Below are positions 61,300-64,000 of a DNA stretch of 64,000 nt, piece by piece; position 1 is the stretch's first letter, and every line of letters begins with the position of its first letter. The notes below the pieces were generated by a model, which saw only the letters and a program-made list of their open reading frames with translations, made no database searches and was not told where the DNA came from. The position numbers were made by a program, and so were the translations under genes. Source of the stretch: Heterodontus francisci (taxonomy: Eukaryota); contig NC_090417.1 in the NCBI RefSeq assembly GCF_036365525.1, forward strand, positions 186,001-250,000. Direction: 5' to 3'.

Positions 61300-61605
61300 G
61301 GTGATGGAGGGGGTGAATGTTTGTGGATGGTGTGCCAATCAAGTGGGCTGCTTTGTCCTGGATGGTGTCGAGCTTCCTGAGTGTTGTTGGAGCTGCCACC
61401 CATCCAGGCAAGTGGAGAGTATTCCATCACACTCCTGACTTGTGCCTTGTAGATGGGTGGACAGGCTTTGGGGAGTCAGGAGGTGAGTTACTCACTGCAG
61501 AATTCCCAGTCTCTAACCTGCTCTTGTATTTACATGGCTGGTCCAGTTCAGTTTCTGGTCAATGGTAGCCCCCAGGATAGTGGGGCATTCAGCGATGGTA
61601 ATGGG
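61300..61605 (-). mobile_element. Fragment of the 30253-33498 LINE family
   Basis: Near-identical to 30620-30930. Confidence 0.85.
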
Positions 61606-61683
61606 GTGAAAAAAATGCCAGAATGAAGCTCCTATGAAGTCACAGGTGAAAGCCATTCACGCAATCCTTTTCACTTCCCGCAG

Positions 61684-61777
61684 GACACCATCTGTTTGGA
61701 CTTTGGAAACCAGCTGTCTTCCAAAGGGCAGGAAGCTCTTTCCAGCTTCTGCATTCCGGGGAGCGCCTTAGCACCAG
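61684..61777 (+). CDS. PSD4: PSD4-like internal exon (frame uncertain)
   Basis: Strong acceptor tttcacttcccgcag| and donor CAG|gtaagc; open in two frames. Confidence 0.5.
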
Positions 61778-61948
61778 GTAAGCATTTGCCCCATATGCAT
61801 TCTTACTTTGTCCTTCTGGCCACTGTTCACAGCCCCCGGTTGCCCTCTAATCCTGTCTCTGTGCTTTCCCCCCCCCCCCGCATGCGAAAGCCACCCCCCA
61901 GGACGCGCGCGACATGCCAGCGTCCGGAGAAATTCTCTTCCCCGCCAG

Positions 61949-62317
61949 CCAGGACCTGTTAGTTCGCGAGATTCTCGGAGAGTGGGCTTGCCAGGATCAA
62001 GGCGTCGGTGCGTCGGACAGCGGCCCGGCGCGGAACTCCGAATCCGCGGAGGCGTTGCTCTGCGGCGGCCTGGAGACAAGCCAGCCCCCCCTAGTGGCCA
62101 GCAGAGAGATGTGGAGCACGAGTACGGAGAGTCACCCGGCATCGCCCTCCGCTAAGGAGCACGAGGCGGCCGAATGTATGTCAACGGGTAAGACGGACCC
62201 AACGAGCTGGGACTCCGACGATAGCGATGAAAGCACGGGGGGGCTGCAACTGAACGAGTCGCCGGAGAAACAGGAAGAGGCGGAGACTGGAGCAACAGCA
62301 GACGCGCGAGCCGAGAA
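61949..62317 (+). CDS. PSD4: PSD4-like internal acidic exon (acceptor could be 61949, 61953 or 61963)
   Basis: Open frame, donor AA|gtaagg at phase 2 matching the next exon. Confidence 0.6.
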
Positions 62318-62639
62318 GTAAGGAAACCTAACCAATGGTATTGAGTCAAAGCTTACCTGCGACTGCGCTCGTGATAGTCAGGTTGTAACTTCTGCCGACT
62401 TAGCATCGCTCTGAAAATGGGCCACAGCCACGTCCAACGCCCGAAGGCCCTCTCCCTCCTGGTCCTCTTACACTCCTCATTTGTGGCTGTTCACCGGGAG
62501 TGGAGGTGCCCTCATGCCTCTGGTGGCGGGGGGGCTACCAGTCTGCCAGTGCGGGATGCCCTCCGGCTGGACTTCCAGGCGCAGGAGCCTGCCCACCGTC
62601 CTTGGTTGGAGGCTGCCGCTGACTTGGCTGTCTGGGTTT

Positions 62640-62895
62640 CTATTCAACCTCCCCTCAATCTCCTTTGCTCCAAGGAGAGCAACCCCCAGCTTCTCCAAGC
62701 TAACCTTGTCGCTAAAATCCCCCATCCCTGGGACCATTCTAGTAAATCTCCTCTGCACCCTCTCAAGGACCCTCACATCCTTCCAAAAGTGTGGCGACCA
62801 GAACTGGACGCAATTCTCCAGTTGGGGCCTAACCAGAGCGTTATAAAGGTTCAGCATAACCTCCCTGCTTTTGTACTCAATGCCCCAAAGGGGCA
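62640..62895 (-). mobile_element. CR1 ORF2 fragment
   Basis: LVRPQLENCVQFWSPHFWKD. Confidence 0.85.
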
Positions 62896-63161
62896 ATAGC
62901 TGAAAGACGGGTAAAACATATACAATTGAGAACACCAGTGAAGCAGACAGCATAAAATCGATCCAGATAATTCGATGCGCGACTGGGGAGAAAAGGGATA
63001 AGTGGATACAAAGTGGACAGGTGCGGTTGACGTCAAAAGCCGGACGGCTCTTCCCAGATGCGAAGCCTCTGGAATTCTGCTGGCGTCAGGGAGGGCAGCT
63101 GGGACCACCGGCGGACTTTTACCTCCTTCTTAAAGTTATTTTTTTATTTGCCTTCACCTAG

Positions 63162-63353
63162 TGACGTCGCTCAGGGGGAATCCCAACCCGGAGGTGGGGC
63201 GGAAACGGGCGTCGCCGGGGCAACGACGGCCCTCAAGGTCCTCCTGGCCAACGGGAGCACGCCCGATCGCGAAGTCGCCAAGAGTTTGGCCTCCAAGCTT
63301 TACAACCTCGATGGGTTTACAAGGACGTGCGTGGCACCTTACTTGGGCAAGAA
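63162..63353 (+). CDS. PSD4: PSD/EFA6-family exon, start of Sec7 domain
   Basis: cctag|T...AA|gtacgt; LANGSTPDREVAKSLASKLYNLDGFTRTCVAPYLGK(N) matches PSD-family 'NG...D...A.RLA.RLY.LDGF.K.DVA..LGKNNDF'; the PSD4 paralogue call comes from adjacency to IL1B/CKAP2L. Confidence 0.85.
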
Positions 63354-64000
63354 GTACGTAACTTTCCCATCTGTATTTTGCTTCTTACGGAAGTCGGGAA
63401 AAGGCGCCTCACTAAGTCCCGCCTCTTTCCATCTCTGTATCATGGCCCCTGCCTCGGCGGATCTATGACGGAAACCCTCGTCCATGCCTTCATCACCTTT
63501 TCCAGCGCACTCCTGGCTGGCCTCCCACTTCTCTCCGTAAACTTGAGATCAAATCTCTGCATGCCCTCCCCCACCCCCCCCCTCCCCTCCCCTCCCTATC
63601 TCTGTCATCTCCTCCAGCCCCACAACCCTCCGAGATATCTGCCCTCCTCCAATTCCGGCCTCTTGATTTTAATCGCCCCACCAAGACTTGCCTTCATCTC
63701 GCTTTCCTCCGTTAGGACACTCCCGAAAACCCACCAGGCTTTTAGTCGTCCGAACGAAGACCGTTTCGTACGGCTCCGTGTCATTTTGATGGTAACGCTC
63801 CTTGGGGCGCTTTATTCGATTGAAGTCTCTATGTAAAGATGAATTGATTTCATTTCCTCCGTCCCCCCCGCTAAAGAATCGGATCACAACTAAATCTCGA
63901 TTGGATATTATTGTAAGGACCGTTAAATATATTCTGTTTAGTCATGTTAGAAGGTATTTGAGCGCTGGTGGGTGAATATATAGCAGAGCTAACAAACATC

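Overview
Vertebrate genomic DNA, very probably a cartilaginous fish (shark), judged from HE1-like V-SINEs, DeuSINE-like elements and abundant CR1 LINEs. The window holds three spliced genes in the order CKAP2L (minus strand, 6 coding exons, 3' end outside the window), a single complete IL1B (minus strand, 6 coding exons, 301 aa) and a PSD/EFA6-family gene, probably PSD4 (plus strand, 5' part only). These are the genes that bracket the mammalian IL-1 cluster, here with only one IL-1 gene between them. The rest is mostly mobile DNA: nested CR1 LINEs, a degenerate spuma-like endogenous retrovirus in a CKAP2L intron, a LINE that starts with a tRNA-like SINE head and has no ORF1, Penelope remnants, a dispersed repeat family ending in minimal hammerhead-ribozyme motifs, a 1-kb G/C minisatellite at the CKAP2L promoter and a 5.6-kb ~48-bp minisatellite upstream of PSD4. 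All calls come from reading the sequence by eye; no searches or folding were run, and family names rest on recalled motifs.
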